A stretch of 63,728 nucleotides of DNA, filler included, from Octopus bimaculoides (Eukaryota), in NCBI RefSeq assembly GCF_001194135.2. It is 9 parts of 8 records of this genome, joined end to end, with 100 filler letters (N's around TTAATTAATTAA, not from the genome) between each part and the next. Parts side by side here need not be neighbours in the genome. Positions count along the whole stretch, not along the records: positions 61,513 to 63,728 come from NC_069005.1; 8 more parts are not named here. One strand, given 5' to 3'. The notes below the pieces were generated by a model that saw only the letters and a program-made list of their open reading frames with translations, was not told the DNA's origin and searched no databases. The translations under genes and the position numbers were made by a program. This document shows positions 63,472-63,728 of the stretch, piece after piece. Positions within the stretch are counted from its first letter, which is position 1, and every line of letters begins with the position of its first letter.

Positions 63472-63728
63472 ACTTGTTCATATGGTTGTCTAGCTTGTGG
63501 AGGAAGTTTCGAATGGCGATGGGGAAACTTTACTAGAATGTCTTTGGCTTTCCCCAGCTAATATGAATCGCATTGTTGACCGACGTCTTCGAAATCGCTT
63601 TGTGCAGTTCATGTCTTTGTCGTCTTATGGAACACAAGAGAGTATATTCGATCGCATGAGAATAGACAAACAAACACTTTGAACGCGTATAAAATAGGAG
63701 AACACGAATTCGCACATGGGAATATAAG

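Overview
This is AT-rich, microsatellite-dense eukaryotic DNA from a gappy draft assembly, with roughly 8 kb of N in 24 gaps. Eight of the gaps are 44N-TTAATTAATTAA-44N artificial linkers. The repeat content (two abundant tRNA-derived SINE families, (AT)/(AC)/(GATA) tracts) resembles coleoid cephalopod, probably Octopus, DNA; that assignment is an inference. I find no intact host gene. Most long ORFs in the track are artefacts of N runs or simple repeats. The window is a transposon graveyard. Retroelements: a disrupted Penelope-like element (RT + GIY-YIG, 39.2-41.6 kb, minus), two copies of an R4/Dong-type REL-endonuclease LINE, two RTE fragments and a CR1/L2-type fragment. DNA transposons: fossils of DD34D mariner, DD37D (maT-like) and DD41D (rosa-like) transposases, several MITE-like derivatives, hAT-type MITEs and probable Helitron pieces. 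Many SINE copies are scattered throughout. The most interesting structures are a degenerate minimal-hammerhead-like motif at the 3' end of the Penelope element, a palindromic element built from two mariner 3' ends with a SINE inserted in one arm, a 7-unit tandem array derived from a dispersed repeat's tail, a mariner/maT fusion, and a strand-composition flip at the Penelope 5' end. None is demonstrably a new biological system. All family assignments come from motif recognition by eye and need HMM or alignment confirmation.
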